DNA of 64,000 nt from a virus, in the IMG/VR virus record IMGVR_UViG_3300029825_000007, positions 1 through 64,000 of that record; one strand, 5' to 3'. Both the position numbers and the translations under genes were made by a program. Every line of letters starts with the position of its first letter. Position 1 is the stretch's first letter. Positions 6,817 to 17,268 of the stretch are shown in pieces. The notes below the pieces were generated by a model, which was not told where the DNA came from, ran no database searches, and saw nothing but the letters and a program-made list of their open reading frames with translations.

Positions 6817-9746
6817 TCTGTTTTCCCAATTAGTAAGTATTTTCCCTTCTTTGTCATTAATTTCTTTTTATCCTTTTTGGTAACAAGATACATAAGTGTT
6901 CTTGTGCCAAACTGGCCGATATATGTTGCACCGCCCAATCCGGAATCGTCATTTTTCACGGTTATACTATATCCTTGCCCTGCATATCCGTTAGATGTTT
7001 CTGATTTTCTATACCATGAAAACCATGTAAATGGATAACTCTTTGTAACCTCTTCCCCCGCCTTATATACATGTGCTGTCAACGTTGTTGTTCCATTTCC
7101 ATTATCTGCATAGGTGACGTTGTACATCAGTATCTTGTCCGATACGCCGTGCAATTGATTCTGTGTGTCTGTGATATCTGTCTTAATGCCGTCTACACTT
7201 GTCTGTATTGTAGTTACGTGCTGATTAGTTTCAGCAACAGCATTCTGTACACCTTTGATATCTTCTGCTAAGCCTTCTGCATCCGTCAAAACTACAAGAT
7301 TCTGGCTGTCCAGTACATTCTGACCACCACTAGCATAGAGCGTAACTTTAATGGATTTTACATCTTTGCCCTGTGGTGTATAAACTTTCGTTGCTTCATC
7401 TTTAGAGGATAAATAGGTCTGTGTAAAGGTTTCTCCGTTACTGCTTTCTTCTACCTTAAATCTCCCGGAATATGCTTGTACCGAATTGCCATCATTATAT
7501 TGACCTGTGAGCGTTATATTTGCCGGAATAAGCGTTCCATTTTGCTTTCGGACAATCGCTAAAGTGGATGCCTTTAAACTGTAGGAAACGCCTGTACGCC
7601 CATCCAGAGCCTTACTAATACTGAATCGTTTGACAAGCCTTGTTTTCTCATCATCTGGATTAGCACTGTAAGATGCTTCAATGTCAACATAGCCGTCATT
7701 TACGGTTAAATTAGACACTTGATAAGTATGTGTTGCGTTGCTCCATACACCTGTCAATCCTGTGGATGCAGTAACTTTATAAGTTGCATTGTCAGATACA
7801 TCTAAATCTCCGAGATACACATACATGGTGGTTCTACAATTGGTAAAATCACCACCGCTGCCATCTGCATTTGTGTGTACAACATGGCTGTCATTACTGA
7901 GAACCGCCGATATACTATCCAGTGATGAGATGCCGTTAATTGCTTCAATCGCCTGATCTGCTGTGTTCTGTGCTGCTTTAACGCTATTTGACATCTGTGA
8001 AAACACCATATCAAGTGATTGCTTTTTATCATCAAAGTAGATTAGGTTTGATTTTATGGTAGTATCACCGTTGTTGATCTCTGTGACAACACTGTTGATA
8101 TCTAGTTTACTTCCGGCTATGTTTGCGTTGTCTGCAACCATGCTGTCCTTGATAATAGGGTCTTTAATGGCATCCGCTGTCAGTCCTAGAGCATTCCACA
8201 TGATCTTGCCATTAGCATCTGCAACGTAATAATTAAATTCTCCATTTGCATCTTGTCCGGCTTGCATACGGATATTACCGTCTTTATCTTTCCACTGCTG
8301 TGTATTACCGGATATTTGTACCCCACCGTCTTGAGAACCAATCATGATTTGGTCTGTGTATATCCGGCCGGAAAGTAACTCTCTCACATTGGCTATATCT
8401 GCAAGTACAGAACGGATAACCGCTGTGTCAATGACCGCATTTTGTGATGTCAAGTGTATATTCTGAATATCTCCTATTCCGGCATTCCCGGATAACAGAG
8501 ATTTGATATTTGCTGTGTCTGCATCTAAGATACCAATATCAGCTTTGGCGGCATCCAAATCTGTTACTGTTAATTCTTTGAATTTTCCATAATCTACATC
8601 CAGATTTTGTATATGTGCGTCTACTGCATTTAAATTCTTAATTGTCGCAAACGTAATATTCGCTGTCTCAACGTCTAATTTATTTGCAATAGCATGGTCT
8701 ATCAATGCAAGTTTGATATTCCAACGGTCCTGTGCTTGTACGTTAGGACCCTTAAAACCTGTTTCTTGTTCGGATTCAGATTTTCCGACCGCTTGTATTG
8801 TTGTTTTGATACCACCGTCATAATCTTGTGTCAGCATCATAACTGGCACTTTAAAACTTTTCCCTTTGCGGTCTTTCACTGTAATGATATCCCAAGGGTC
8901 TATACGTGGGTCACCGAGGAACCCAACTTGTCCCGGCATGTAAGAATAGTTTTTAAGGTTATTCCATACACCATTGAGCATTGACTGTGTCATAAATGGA
9001 TTGGAGAAACTTATCTCCCTGATTCCACTTCCAACACTGATTGAGATATCCTCTCCTTGCTCGTCTTTGCCTGTATAACACGTTATTTTTTGTAATTGGA
9101 ACAAGTAATCATTATGCTTAAAAGAATCGTAGTAGCGGTTATCAGCGACTGTGTATTCGCTATCTGTGTAGGTCTTAATCTCAACTTGTCCTGATCTATT
9201 ACAAATAGCAAATCCGCCATACATTTGTGATATATATGACAGTACTTCTCTGCACGTATATCCAACTGGTTTTTTCATGCTGATAGATGTCAAGCCGGAT
9301 GTTATAACCTGAACATTTGTAATCGTGCTGATTGCATTTAAAATAGCGACCGTATTTGTTGTATCCGGCAAACTCAAAAAACATGGTTTTTCCATTCTCA
9401 TCATACGGTCATAAGCAGTCACCCTTGAAAACTCTTCATCAGCTTGTGGCTTTTCACATGTAAAGAATCCCATTGGGATATATTGCATACTGTCATTGAC
9501 TTCAATACCGATCTTTAATTGTATTTCGTGCCCCTCAAGCAACACATCTGTTGCAATACTCAAGTCTATATATTGTGATACCGCTGAACCAATAGAAAAA
9601 TCAGATTCACTGTTCGAGCCGCCATTAATTGTAATACTCTTGATGCCATCTGTGATATCAGTCTTTCCATCAACAGTTATCAGAGCACGGAACATTCTAG
9701 TGTCTTGCTGTAGAACCTCTTCAATATCTTTATTTACTTGATACAT
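6813..9746 (-). CDS. Tail tip / host-specificity protein (Tal-like)
   Basis: 977 aa; position after tape measure and distal tail genes; N-terminal siphovirus tail-tip-like region, long fibrous C-terminal part. Confidence 0.7.
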   Translation of the reverse strand: MYQVNKDIEEVLQQDTRMFRALITVDGKTDITDGIKSITINGGSNSESDFSIGSAVSQYIDLSIATDVLLEGHEIQLKIGIEVNDSMQYIPMGFFTCEKPQADEEFSRVTAYDRMMRMEKPCFLSLPDTTNTVAILNAISTITNVQVITSGLTSISMKKPVGYTCREVLSYISQMYGGFAICNRSGQVEIKTYTDSEYTVADNRYYDSFKHNDYLFQLQKITCYTGKDEQGEDISISVGSGIREISFSNPFMTQSMLNGVWNNLKNYSYMPGQVGFLGDPRIDPWDIITVKDRKGKSFKVPVMMLTQDYDGGIKTTIQAVGKSESEQETGFKGPNVQAQDRWNIKLALIDHAIANKLDVETANITFATIKNLNAVDAHIQNLDVDYGKFKELTVTDLDAAKADIGILDADTANIKSLLSGNAGIGDIQNIHLTSQNAVIDTAVIRSVLADIANVRELLSGRIYTDQIMIGSQDGGVQISGNTQQWKDKDGNIRMQAGQDANGEFNYYVADANGKIMWNALGLTADAIKDPIIKDSMVADNANIAGSKLDINSVVTEINNGDTTIKSNLIYFDDKKQSLDMVFSQMSNSVKAAQNTADQAIEAINGISSLDSISAVLSNDSHVVHTNADGSGGDFTNCRTTMYVYLGDLDVSDNATYKVTASTGLTGVWSNATHTYQVSNLTVNDGYVDIEASYSANPDDEKTRLVKRFSISKALDGRTGVSYSLKASTLAIVRKQNGTLIPANITLTGQYNDGNSVQAYSGRFKVEESSNGETFTQTYLSSKDEATKVYTPQGKDVKSIKVTLYASGGQNVLDSQNLVVLTDAEGLAEDIKGVQNAVAETNQHVTTIQTSVDGIKTDITDTQNQLHGVSDKILMYNVTYADNGNGTTTLTAHVYKAGEEVTKSYPFTWFSWYRKSETSNGYAGQGYSITVKNDDSGLGGATYIGQFGTRTLMYLVTKKDKKKLMTKKGKYLLIGKTD

Positions 9747-9770
9747 ACAACAGACACCTCACTTTCTTTC

Positions 9771-10166
9771 TTATTCGGTCATTAACTCCAATACTGTCAC
9801 TTCATGTATGGACAGGGAATCAAATTTATCACTGTCGCAACGCTCTAAATCATCTAATGTGACGGTTTGGATATCAATATCATTCTCTATTTCAAGTAAT
9901 TCGGTTACTTCGCTTGTATAGGATTTCTGGGCTTCCTCATTCGGAAATATGTATCTGTTATCTTCAATAACCGGATTGTCATTTTCATCTTTTTTTGCAT
10001 ATTGTTCTACAATTTTATTTCTTTCAGCTTCATAGGCAGTCGCAACTGTCTCCATAGCTTTCATGTTTTTAGTAATCGAAAAACTTACCTTGATAGGCAA
10101 CTTTTTATTCTGTAATTCTGACAAACCATTTAAAAATGTAATTACCTGAGTATTAGTTAGTTTCAT
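9771..10166 (-). CDS. Hypothetical tail-module protein
   Basis: Start moved to MKLTNTQ with GGGAGG RBS 8 nt upstream. Confidence 0.4.
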   Translation of the reverse strand: MKLTNTQVITFLNGLSELQNKKLPIKVSFSITKNMKAMETVATAYEAERNKIVEQYAKKDENDNPVIEDNRYIFPNEEAQKSYTSEVTELLEIENDIDIQTVTLDDLERCDSDKFDSLSIHEVTVLELMTE

Positions 10167-10428
10167 CTTCAATTCCTCCCATATCTGTTTCTGGTCCATC
10201 TGTTATCTGTGACATTCTCTGATCTTCTAAGTCATAGATCATATCGTCAAACTGTGCCATATCAGCCCGGCACTCTCTCCTGTTGGCATCATATAAATCC
10301 ATATCAGTGATATTTTTATTAACCGTACTTGAGCCATTTTCCGGAACTTGACCGGTCATGAATACTGCAGGCTTTCCGTCTATCAAAGACTGATAATTTA
10401 ATGTTGTACTTTTTGTACCTTTAAGCAT
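10153..10428 (-). CDS. Hypothetical tail-module protein
   Basis: 91-aa ORF between Dit-like and next tail gene. Confidence 0.4.
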   Translation of the reverse strand: MLKGTKSTTLNYQSLIDGKPAVFMTGQVPENGSSTVNKNITDMDLYDANRRECRADMAQFDDMIYDLEDQRMSQITDGPETDMGGIEDETN

Positions 10429-10440
10429 TACTGCTCCTCC

Positions 10441-10806
10441 CTATTTCTCAATGAGATCAACCTTTACACCTACATATGTTTTAAATCCGTTGTAATAGCT
10501 ATAGACCGGATATGATGGTGTTCCGGCATAAAACCTACGAGTGATTCTTGAGTTAGTGGCCGGGTCTGTAAAAGTCGCATTAAAAAAAGCAGGCGAAACA
10601 GCTGAATCAACAACTGCTGCCTGACTTCTTGTCAATGGAATAAATTCACAGGTTAACTTATATTTAATTGCCACCAAGTCCCCTATCACTTCACCATTGG
10701 CTGCTCGGCCTGTATTAGCAGACCAAACTTTTTCTCTTGTTATTGTAAGTCCATTTGCCTTTAGTGGCGGCATAGTAACACCGCCAATTACTAATGGGTC
10801 TGTCAT
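10441..10806 (-). CDS. Small distal-tail-like protein
   Basis: 121 aa immediately downstream of the tape measure gene; call is by position only. Confidence 0.35.
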   Translation of the reverse strand: MTDPLVIGGVTMPPLKANGLTITREKVWSANTGRAANGEVIGDLVAIKYKLTCEFIPLTRSQAAVVDSAVSPAFFNATFTDPATNSRITRRFYAGTPSYPVYSYYNGFKTYVGVKVDLIEK

Positions 10807-10821
10807 ATATACCGCCTTTCT

Positions 10822-13800
10822 TTAAAATTCAAAATTAAAAGGGAATGGCAACTTCCCAGATGATTTTACACGTTTTGTAACTTCTTCAATAATAAAATCT
10901 GTAATCTGCTTATTACCAATCTGTATATTGACTACTGGTGCTTGATTGTTGTTATTATCTGAATGAGCATTGCTAAATACTTTATCCATTCCGTCAACAA
11001 CTGCATTTTTAATAGCATCTGCAATAACGGCATTGTTGGCTACTGCATTTTTATTTCCGACTTTACCAACCATTTCTGGATTTCCAAACTCATTCATTCC
11101 CCATATTTCACCAGTTGGGAAACCACCTTTTTTATACCAGTCAATTCCAAACTTCGGTGTAGAAAACTCAATACCACCAATTGAATGTTGTGTTGATGAC
11201 ATATTAATGTGCGGTAATGGAATATGGAAATTTGAGAATCCATCTGCAAAGTTTTTAATTGCATTTCTTCCTATTTTCCATAACCCTCCGAGTTTATCAC
11301 TGATTTTACCCGGCAAACTAGTAAATTCCTTTGCGATATTCGAAACAGCAGTTCCGGCATCGCGTTTCATACCTGCCCAATCACCGGAAAGGATTTGTCC
11401 TATGACACCCCAATCACCACGTGTGTCATTCTCAGTTTTGTTCCATGCTTTTTTGACCGTATCTGCAACTCCGCCGAACTTTTCATTGGCTTTTGTTTTT
11501 AACCCAGACCATGTGTCATTTACTTGTTGACTTACGGAATCCCATGTACTTTTAGTATCTTTTTTTGTTTCTCCCCACCAGTTTGATGCTGAATCATGGA
11601 TGTTCTCAAATGTTTCAGAACCCCATTTTTTTAGATTTCCCCATGCGCCACTCATCTGATCGCATACAGAATCCCAAGTAGCCTTTGAATTTTTTTTGGT
11701 TTCATCCCACCAACCAGAAACGGATTCATATACTTTTTTAGCAGCATCTTTGATCTCATCCCAATGAGTGATAATCAATCCAACACCAATCGCAACACCG
11801 GCTATCAAAGCACCTGTAGGGCTAAAAACAACAGAACCGATAGAATCTAGACTGGAACTAACTTTAGCTACTGCTTCTGCAATAGCAGGTGACATATCCA
11901 TTAATGGTCCCATAAATTTTGCAACTTCTGATGCAATGGTAAACCCTTTAAATAATGCTTTAATAGCAAGTAATCCAGAACCAAGTGCTAGAATAACCTT
12001 TCCGTCTTTAGTGTCAAACAAGCCAGATATAACACCGCTAAATGCTGTCCAAATGATATCCAATAAAGTGCTTGCAATGCCTTTCCAGTCTATAGAACCA
12101 AGAAATTCACCGATATCTCTACCGATTTGTTTCCAGTCGGTATTCTGCACAACTTCATTAATCGTACCAAGCAAATTCATTGTAAGATCACTTAAAGATT
12201 TACCCAATCCAGCCCAGTCTGTGTTGTGAATGAAATAATTGATTCCGTTATAGAGATTTTTAGCAATATCATTCCAATGAACCGTATCGTTAAAGTTATT
12301 TAAAATATCCCTAAGCCCATTAAGCCCACCAGACAATACACGACCAATAGTAGTAAAATTAACTTTTTCAAAGATACCATTGATTCCATCACCGAACTTC
12401 TTACCCATAAGAGCATAATTAAGTCCGGGGTCTTTTTCACCATTACCGTTGAAAAATCCGTCTAAGATATTCCAGATAATCATGAATTTGTTTCCAAGAA
12501 AGTTTCCGATATTCTCAAAGTTTACTTCGGTAAAAATTCCATTCACACCTGTTGCAAATTTAGCACCAAGATTCTTCCAGTTAATGCCCTCAATTAATAA
12601 ATTAAGCGTATTGATTATCGTGTTAATTCCTGCGCCAACAGTTCTACCCATTAAGTCCCAATCAATGTTATCAACAAGACTATTAAAGGTACGTGTAAAC
12701 GCATTGCAGAAATACGTGATCTTTGGCCCGACATTATTCCAATTAATGGCATCATAAACTTTCTGCATTCCTTTATTGAACCCATCAGCTATGATTTTGC
12801 CTAGCCCCTCCCAGTCTTCACGTTTGATTGCATCACGCATTTTTTTAGCAAAAGCACTGATCTCTTTATCTATCGGAACTGTAGTAAACATATCAGCAGG
12901 CGATACACCAGTGTATTTTGATGTTCCTGGTGTTTCTGTGTATGTAGTAGGGTCTTTTGTATTGTCATTTAAGACATTTAATTCATCAAAGCCCATAATT
13001 GTGCGCTTTAACTCTTTGACAGCTTTATTCGCTTTTTTAGTGCCTTTAGTAGCTCTTGTACTTTGATCTTCAAGAACTTTACCGTAATCCTGATATACTT
13101 TCTTAGCTTGAACAGCGTATTTCTTTCCTGTAAGTGCTGCAAAGAATTGACCAACTGCATTTAAGGCTTTAGAGATCATTTCTATGAAGACACTTAAATA
13201 TGGTGCAACTACATTAACAATAGGTGCGAACGCTACTGCAAATGCGTTTTTGAGCATTAAAAGAGCAGATATGATACTTGATATGCTCTTGTTATATTCT
13301 CCGCTGTATTGAACTAGGTTTTTACTTCCCTCTGCTATTGCAGTTTTAATACTAGAAATAAGCTGAAACACACTAGAATACAATACAGACATTCCGATCA
13401 TATGGCCGATTGAAGTCTTCTTCCCTGCTTCTTTTTTGAATCCAAGTAATGATTTAAGAGCATTTCCAATTTCTCTTTGAACAGGCTTAAAAGCATTCCC
13501 AACTTTATTTCCAAACTTACCTATGGATGAATCCATTTTGCCGAATAGTTGTTTTCCGGCATTAGCAAATTTTGAAAATTTAGCCAGCTGTTCTTTTGCT
13601 TGTTTCGCTGAATTTCCTTCTGCTTGTAAACCTTTTTGTGATTCCTGTGCAGACTTATTTAACTCTTTATTATTTGTACTTACTTTGGCTTTTTCACGTG
13701 CTAAATCTTGCATTTCTTTAGCAGTCATACTAGCCGCCTTACCTTCACCAGATAGGGCTTGATTAGATATTTTTGCTAACTCTTCGAGATACTTTTTCTG

Positions 13801-14601
13801 CTCTTTTTGAGCAAGTAACATCTCTTGCATTTGCTCATAAGCATCATCAAAATCATTATCACCGAATGACAGCCCCTGATCTGATAAGGATTTTAGTTCT
13901 GATTTTAGGCTTGACACATTGACTTCAAAGTCCTGTGTGTCTGATATAGTACCTTTAAATTCACCTGATAGATCGTTAAGTGATTGTGTCATTGACACAA
14001 TTCCGCTATCATCTACTTTTGGCTCTATATCCGGAAAATCAAAATTATAATCGTTAGGGTCAGGCTCTTCAAACTTTATAGGAATTGGTTCATCTGTGAA
14101 TCCTTTTTCATTCAAGAGTTTCATTTTACCTGAATCTTCCCAAAAGTTTTTAGGACGATTGGCCGATTGGATAGCTTGCAATTCAAGTAGTTTTTTCTTG
14201 TATGAATCTAATTCGTTTGTAGCCCTTACGATATCATAGGAAAGACTTTTAAACTCTTGTGAATCCTTATTTATACCGAATGTCTCTTTTTTATCTTTCC
14301 GAGCATTCAAAGTTTTTAAACGATTCTCAAGTTTTCCTATTTCTATCTCAACGTCTTTGATGTTGTTCGTATCAACATTGATTTTACCTATGTCTTTGAT
14401 GCTTTTCATAAAGTCTTGATATGCGACTTTGGCTTTCTTAACCTTTCCAGTACCAAAGTCTATATCTTGCTTTGACGCACTAGTAAGAACGGTACGAACA
14501 TCTTTTAAAGCATTTTTTAGATCATCTAATTGAGATATAGCTTTTTTTGATTCTGTTTCAACTAAAATCTCAAGAGAATCTATCTGGCCGTTATCAGCCA
14601 T
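10822..14601 (-). CDS. Tail tape measure protein
   Basis: About 1260 aa; coiled-coil N-term, hydrophobic core region, W/G-rich tandem motifs (NWKNLG, TDWAGLG, WWDETKK/WWGETKK); start set at MADNGQ with AAGGAGGG RBS. Confidence 0.85.
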   Translation of the reverse strand: MADNGQIDSLEILVETESKKAISQLDDLKNALKDVRTVLTSASKQDIDFGTGKVKKAKVAYQDFMKSIKDIGKINVDTNNIKDVEIEIGKLENRLKTLNARKDKKETFGINKDSQEFKSLSYDIVRATNELDSYKKKLLELQAIQSANRPKNFWEDSGKMKLLNEKGFTDEPIPIKFEEPDPNDYNFDFPDIEPKVDDSGIVSMTQSLNDLSGEFKGTISDTQDFEVNVSSLKSELKSLSDQGLSFGDNDFDDAYEQMQEMLLAQKEQKKYLEELAKISNQALSGEGKAASMTAKEMQDLAREKAKVSTNNKELNKSAQESQKGLQAEGNSAKQAKEQLAKFSKFANAGKQLFGKMDSSIGKFGNKVGNAFKPVQREIGNALKSLLGFKKEAGKKTSIGHMIGMSVLYSSVFQLISSIKTAIAEGSKNLVQYSGEYNKSISSIISALLMLKNAFAVAFAPIVNVVAPYLSVFIEMISKALNAVGQFFAALTGKKYAVQAKKVYQDYGKVLEDQSTRATKGTKKANKAVKELKRTIMGFDELNVLNDNTKDPTTYTETPGTSKYTGVSPADMFTTVPIDKEISAFAKKMRDAIKREDWEGLGKIIADGFNKGMQKVYDAINWNNVGPKITYFCNAFTRTFNSLVDNIDWDLMGRTVGAGINTIINTLNLLIEGINWKNLGAKFATGVNGIFTEVNFENIGNFLGNKFMIIWNILDGFFNGNGEKDPGLNYALMGKKFGDGINGIFEKVNFTTIGRVLSGGLNGLRDILNNFNDTVHWNDIAKNLYNGINYFIHNTDWAGLGKSLSDLTMNLLGTINEVVQNTDWKQIGRDIGEFLGSIDWKGIASTLLDIIWTAFSGVISGLFDTKDGKVILALGSGLLAIKALFKGFTIASEVAKFMGPLMDMSPAIAEAVAKVSSSLDSIGSVVFSPTGALIAGVAIGVGLIITHWDEIKDAAKKVYESVSGWWDETKKNSKATWDSVCDQMSGAWGNLKKWGSETFENIHDSASNWWGETKKDTKSTWDSVSQQVNDTWSGLKTKANEKFGGVADTVKKAWNKTENDTRGDWGVIGQILSGDWAGMKRDAGTAVSNIAKEFTSLPGKISDKLGGLWKIGRNAIKNFADGFSNFHIPLPHINMSSTQHSIGGIEFSTPKFGIDWYKKGGFPTGEIWGMNEFGNPEMVGKVGNKNAVANNAVIADAIKNAVVDGMDKVFSNAHSDNNNNQAPVVNIQIGNKQITDFIIEEVTKRVKSSGKLPFPFNFEF

Positions 14602-14617
14602 ATGTGTGTCCCTCCTT

Positions 14618-14944
14618 TTACTTTTCGGTGCGACCAAAGTTTGCTTGCATAACCATTAATTTACTCAAGAACAACTGTCTTTCTTTTTCCTTTTGCTCTT
14701 CTGGAATATTCTCTGGTTTCGTTTCATTTTTGTTATAAGACACTGGTTGATTCGGATACTTTGTTTTCCTGTCAAACATAGAGCCAAGAACCAACATCAT
14801 ATATGTGCCGATATTCCATGCCAAAAAATCAAGATCTTTATCTTTTTGTTCTCTTTTCTTTTCACCATATTTAAAATACCTTGACAGCTTTTTAGGTGTG
14901 GATTTCCAAAATATATCCATTGGAATCTCGTACTTCACTGCCAT
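14618..14944 (-). CDS. Tail assembly chaperone, -1 frame extension (T part of G-T)
   Basis: This frame stays open upstream to the slippery site at 15049-15055, giving a G-T fusion. Confidence 0.6.
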   Translation of the reverse strand: MAVKYEIPMDIFWKSTPKKLSRYFKYGEKKREQKDKDLDFLAWNIGTYMMLVLGSMFDRKTKYPNQPVSYNKNETKPENIPEEQKEKERQLFLSKLMVMQANFGRTEK

Positions 14945-14964
14945 AGGTATATAGATTTCATAAA

Positions 14965-15312
14965 TTATTTCTGTGAAACTTTTGTACTCTTTTTGTGATC
15001 CTGTGGAATCTGTATTTTTTCTGCCTTTTTCTTTTCTTTCAGGCTTTTGAAAAAACCCGATTCATTCACCGCTGTCATAATTTCTGTAAAGAGAGTTCCA
15101 AGATCTCCCCCACTTAAAAGATGTGCTTGCAATTCTTCTCCCGCTTCATCTTCTGAAACATTCTCAATCCATGCGATAAATCCACGAATCATAGTAATTG
15201 TCCTAGGATTTTTTTCATCTGCACCTATCAGATTGACACCTTTATCTTCAAGATCACACATTGCATTCATGTCTAATTCTGGAACTGCATATTCTTTACC
15301 ATTAATTTTCAT
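14965..15312 (-). CDS. Tail assembly chaperone (G)
   Basis: 115 aa between major tail and tape measure genes; carries the slippery heptamer near its 3-prime end. Confidence 0.65.
   Translation of the reverse strand: MKINGKEYAVPELDMNAMCDLEDKGVNLIGADEKNPRTITMIRGFIAWIENVSEDEAGEELQAHLLSGGDLGTLFTEIMTAVNESGFFKSLKEKKKAEKIQIPQDHKKSTKVSQK
15049..15055 (-). promoter_or_regulatory. Programmed -1 ribosomal frameshift heptamer T TTT TTC
   Basis: In the G frame ggT TTT TTC; the -1 frame is open from here into ORF 14618..14944. Confidence 0.6.
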
Positions 15313-15367
15313 AAATATATTTCCTCCCTGAAACCTTGTTATAATTTAATTTGTTATCTTTGCCTGA

Positions 15368-15425
15368 CCGATAAAACCCCGACCGACAACAGCTTGTTCA
15401 GCCGGGGGAATTATTCCCCCGAATC
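15368..15425 (-). repeat. Conserved 3-prime element copy 1 (encloses the major tail gene stop codon)
   Basis: cgggggaa-tta-ttcccccg is a perfect 8-bp hairpin (15403-15421) whose triloop is the TAA stop; about 80 percent identical by eye to 18248-18310. Confidence 0.6.
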
Positions 15426-15884
15426 ACCAAAATCAACTTTGTCATCAAGCCCGACATACTCATTGATCGTTAGAGAAATAGGTACTGTTAAAGCACCATT
15501 CTGTTCAATAGACGGTAAGGGAATTTTTTCACCCGGAGTAGCTACAACAAAGAAACCTTTAGAAACACCGGGAATAAGTACTTCATACCATGTGCGCTTA
15601 CCGGAATTCTTCGCTGTCTTAGAATCATCAATCATTTTCATTAATTCTGTGGCACGCTCTTCGCTGAAATTAAATACCGGGGACCATGTACCGCCTGTAT
15701 CCTGTCTTCCCTCTGCATACTGTGTAATCTTGTCTTCCAGTGCTGATACGTCAATCTGTTCGGATTCAAGATTGATTTCTGGAATTGAATTACATCTCTT
15801 TAACTGTGTAAAAGTGTTTGGTTTTGTTCCAGGAGTAGTTTCAATGCCGTACCCAAAAGTAATACCAAGACTTGTTAAATCCAT
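15411..15884 (-). CDS. Major tail protein (phi13-like)
   Basis: 157 aa; position and size; ITFGYGIETTPGTKP N-terminus; start set at MDLTSLG with GGTGG RBS. Confidence 0.7.
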   Translation of the reverse strand: MDLTSLGITFGYGIETTPGTKPNTFTQLKRCNSIPEINLESEQIDVSALEDKITQYAEGRQDTGGTWSPVFNFSEERATELMKMIDDSKTAKNSGKRTWYEVLIPGVSKGFFVVATPGEKIPLPSIEQNGALTVPISLTINEYVGLDDKVDFGDSGE

Positions 15885-15923
15885 ACCTTTTTCCACCTTT
15901 CTTTACATAAAAAAAGAAGTCCT

Positions 15924-16325
15924 TTAAAGGGCTTCACCATTGCCTAATAGCCTTGTATATCGGCTTGTTACGCGTTTTATAGATTGTTGTGAGTTATCCA
16001 TAGGTGTCGGACCATAAGTACGTCTAAACCCCATGTTAAGCATTTCTTGATGCGCTAAATCATCTATGCCATACGCTTTAATTAATGCCCCGGCACCATC
16101 TGCATAAGAATCTGTCTGTATTGTTACATTAGCATGTGTTTCGTTCCCCTCTGTATCAGTTCTCATTGTTGGATATCCAAGTAATTTAACCGAAAAATAT
16201 GGAAAATCCGAAACCTCTTCTGTGGTGCTCATAGATGAATTGTCACCGACTTTCGGATAGACTGATTTTGCAAGCCTATCAAAAATATCATAGATTGGAT
16301 TCTTTATAACATCCAAGGCAATCAC
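15924..16325 (-). CDS. Tail terminator / tail completion protein
   Basis: 133 aa directly upstream of the major tail gene; call is positional. Confidence 0.45.
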   Translation of the reverse strand: MIALDVIKNPIYDIFDRLAKSVYPKVGDNSSMSTTEEVSDFPYFSVKLLGYPTMRTDTEGNETHANVTIQTDSYADGAGALIKAYGIDDLAHQEMLNMGFRRTYGPTPMDNSQQSIKRVTSRYTRLLGNGEAL

Positions 16326-16835
16326 CTACTTTCCTTTTTCTGCAAACACTTCACTCGCTATCTTTGCAATTTCCATAGACAATTCTTGTGCAGTCTCATA
16401 CATAAAAGGCCTTGATGGCATTCCGCTTGTGTGGTGCCATGCACCATCACGATAATAATTCCAACCACCATTACCATGTTCATTGATGTCATATCTCCAT
16501 CCGACAATTGAAACGTCAGGATGAGGATTGCTCTTGCCTTTAACTCCTGTACCAAACTCGACATATGCCGCCCACGGACAGCCAGTATAAATCTTATAAG
16601 ATGCACCATCTTGTAGTACATCACCTGATCTGACTTGCATGCTGCTTAGCAACTCTGCAGTGTATACGGCATCCTTTTCTGATATCTTAAATTTTGCAAT
16701 ATGTACACCGTCTGTAGCTAATCTCTTTGCAAGTTTTTTAGTCTTTTCGACTATTTCTTTTTGGTAATCCTCAATCTCTTTAATTGCCTTATCTATGCCT
16801 TCGGGACTTAGCTTGCAGTGAATTACCTTGCTCAT
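16326..16835 (-). CDS. HK97 gp10-like head-tail joining protein
   Basis: 169 aa; N-term KLSPEGIDKAIKEIEDYQKEI..., typical gp10-family layout and position. Confidence 0.55.
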   Translation of the reverse strand: MSKVIHCKLSPEGIDKAIKEIEDYQKEIVEKTKKLAKRLATDGVHIAKFKISEKDAVYTAELLSSMQVRSGDVLQDGASYKIYTGCPWAAYVEFGTGVKGKSNPHPDVSIVGWRYDINEHGNGGWNYYRDGAWHHTSGMPSRPFMYETAQELSMEIAKIASEVFAEKGK

Positions 16836-16837
16836 AC

Positions 16838-17242
16838 TTATACCCTCTTAGAAATACCATATCGAGCGACCAAACCGACTTGTGTATCTATTACTTTTTT
16901 AACAATATAATCTGGCTTTGTCACAGGTTCGCCAAATTCTTCTTTTAGCTTTAATTCACCTGAATCATCAACTTGTGGAATATTATCTACAAACAATAGT
17001 TCATTTTCTGTAAATTGTATTTTATGTTTATTGTATACAGTAACTTCACGGTCATAATCTGGAACAATTCCGGCACCAATTTCTTGAGGTGTTCCGGCTG
17101 TTGCTGATACACTACACTGATACAAAACAGGTTTACTATAAGCGTCATACTTTTCGCCAGTGTTTTTCCCATCTATCAGAATAGGTTTCTTATCTACTTT
17201 GACCGACCATATTTTTTGATTCTGTTTTTTTCTTCCACGCAT
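16838..17242 (-). CDS. Head closure / head-tail adaptor protein
   Basis: 134 aa; call is by position in the connector module. Confidence 0.5.
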   Translation of the reverse strand: MRGRKKQNQKIWSVKVDKKPILIDGKNTGEKYDAYSKPVLYQCSVSATAGTPQEIGAGIVPDYDREVTVYNKHKIQFTENELLFVDNIPQVDDSGELKLKEEFGEPVTKPDYIVKKVIDTQVGLVARYGISKRV

Positions 17243-17268
17243 TGATAATCACTTCCCTTTACTATAAA

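Noticed and set aside
2437-9746. Diversity-generating retroelement acting on the fibre genes
   Set aside because: There is no reverse transcriptase ORF anywhere in the window, and no template/variable repeat pair differing at adenines. The variation mechanism seen here is cassette exchange.
10963-13762. Several 70-190-aa plus-strand ORFs inside the tape measure gene
   Set aside because: They are antisense to a continuous 1260-codon gene and have a biased S/P/F/I-rich composition with no start context.
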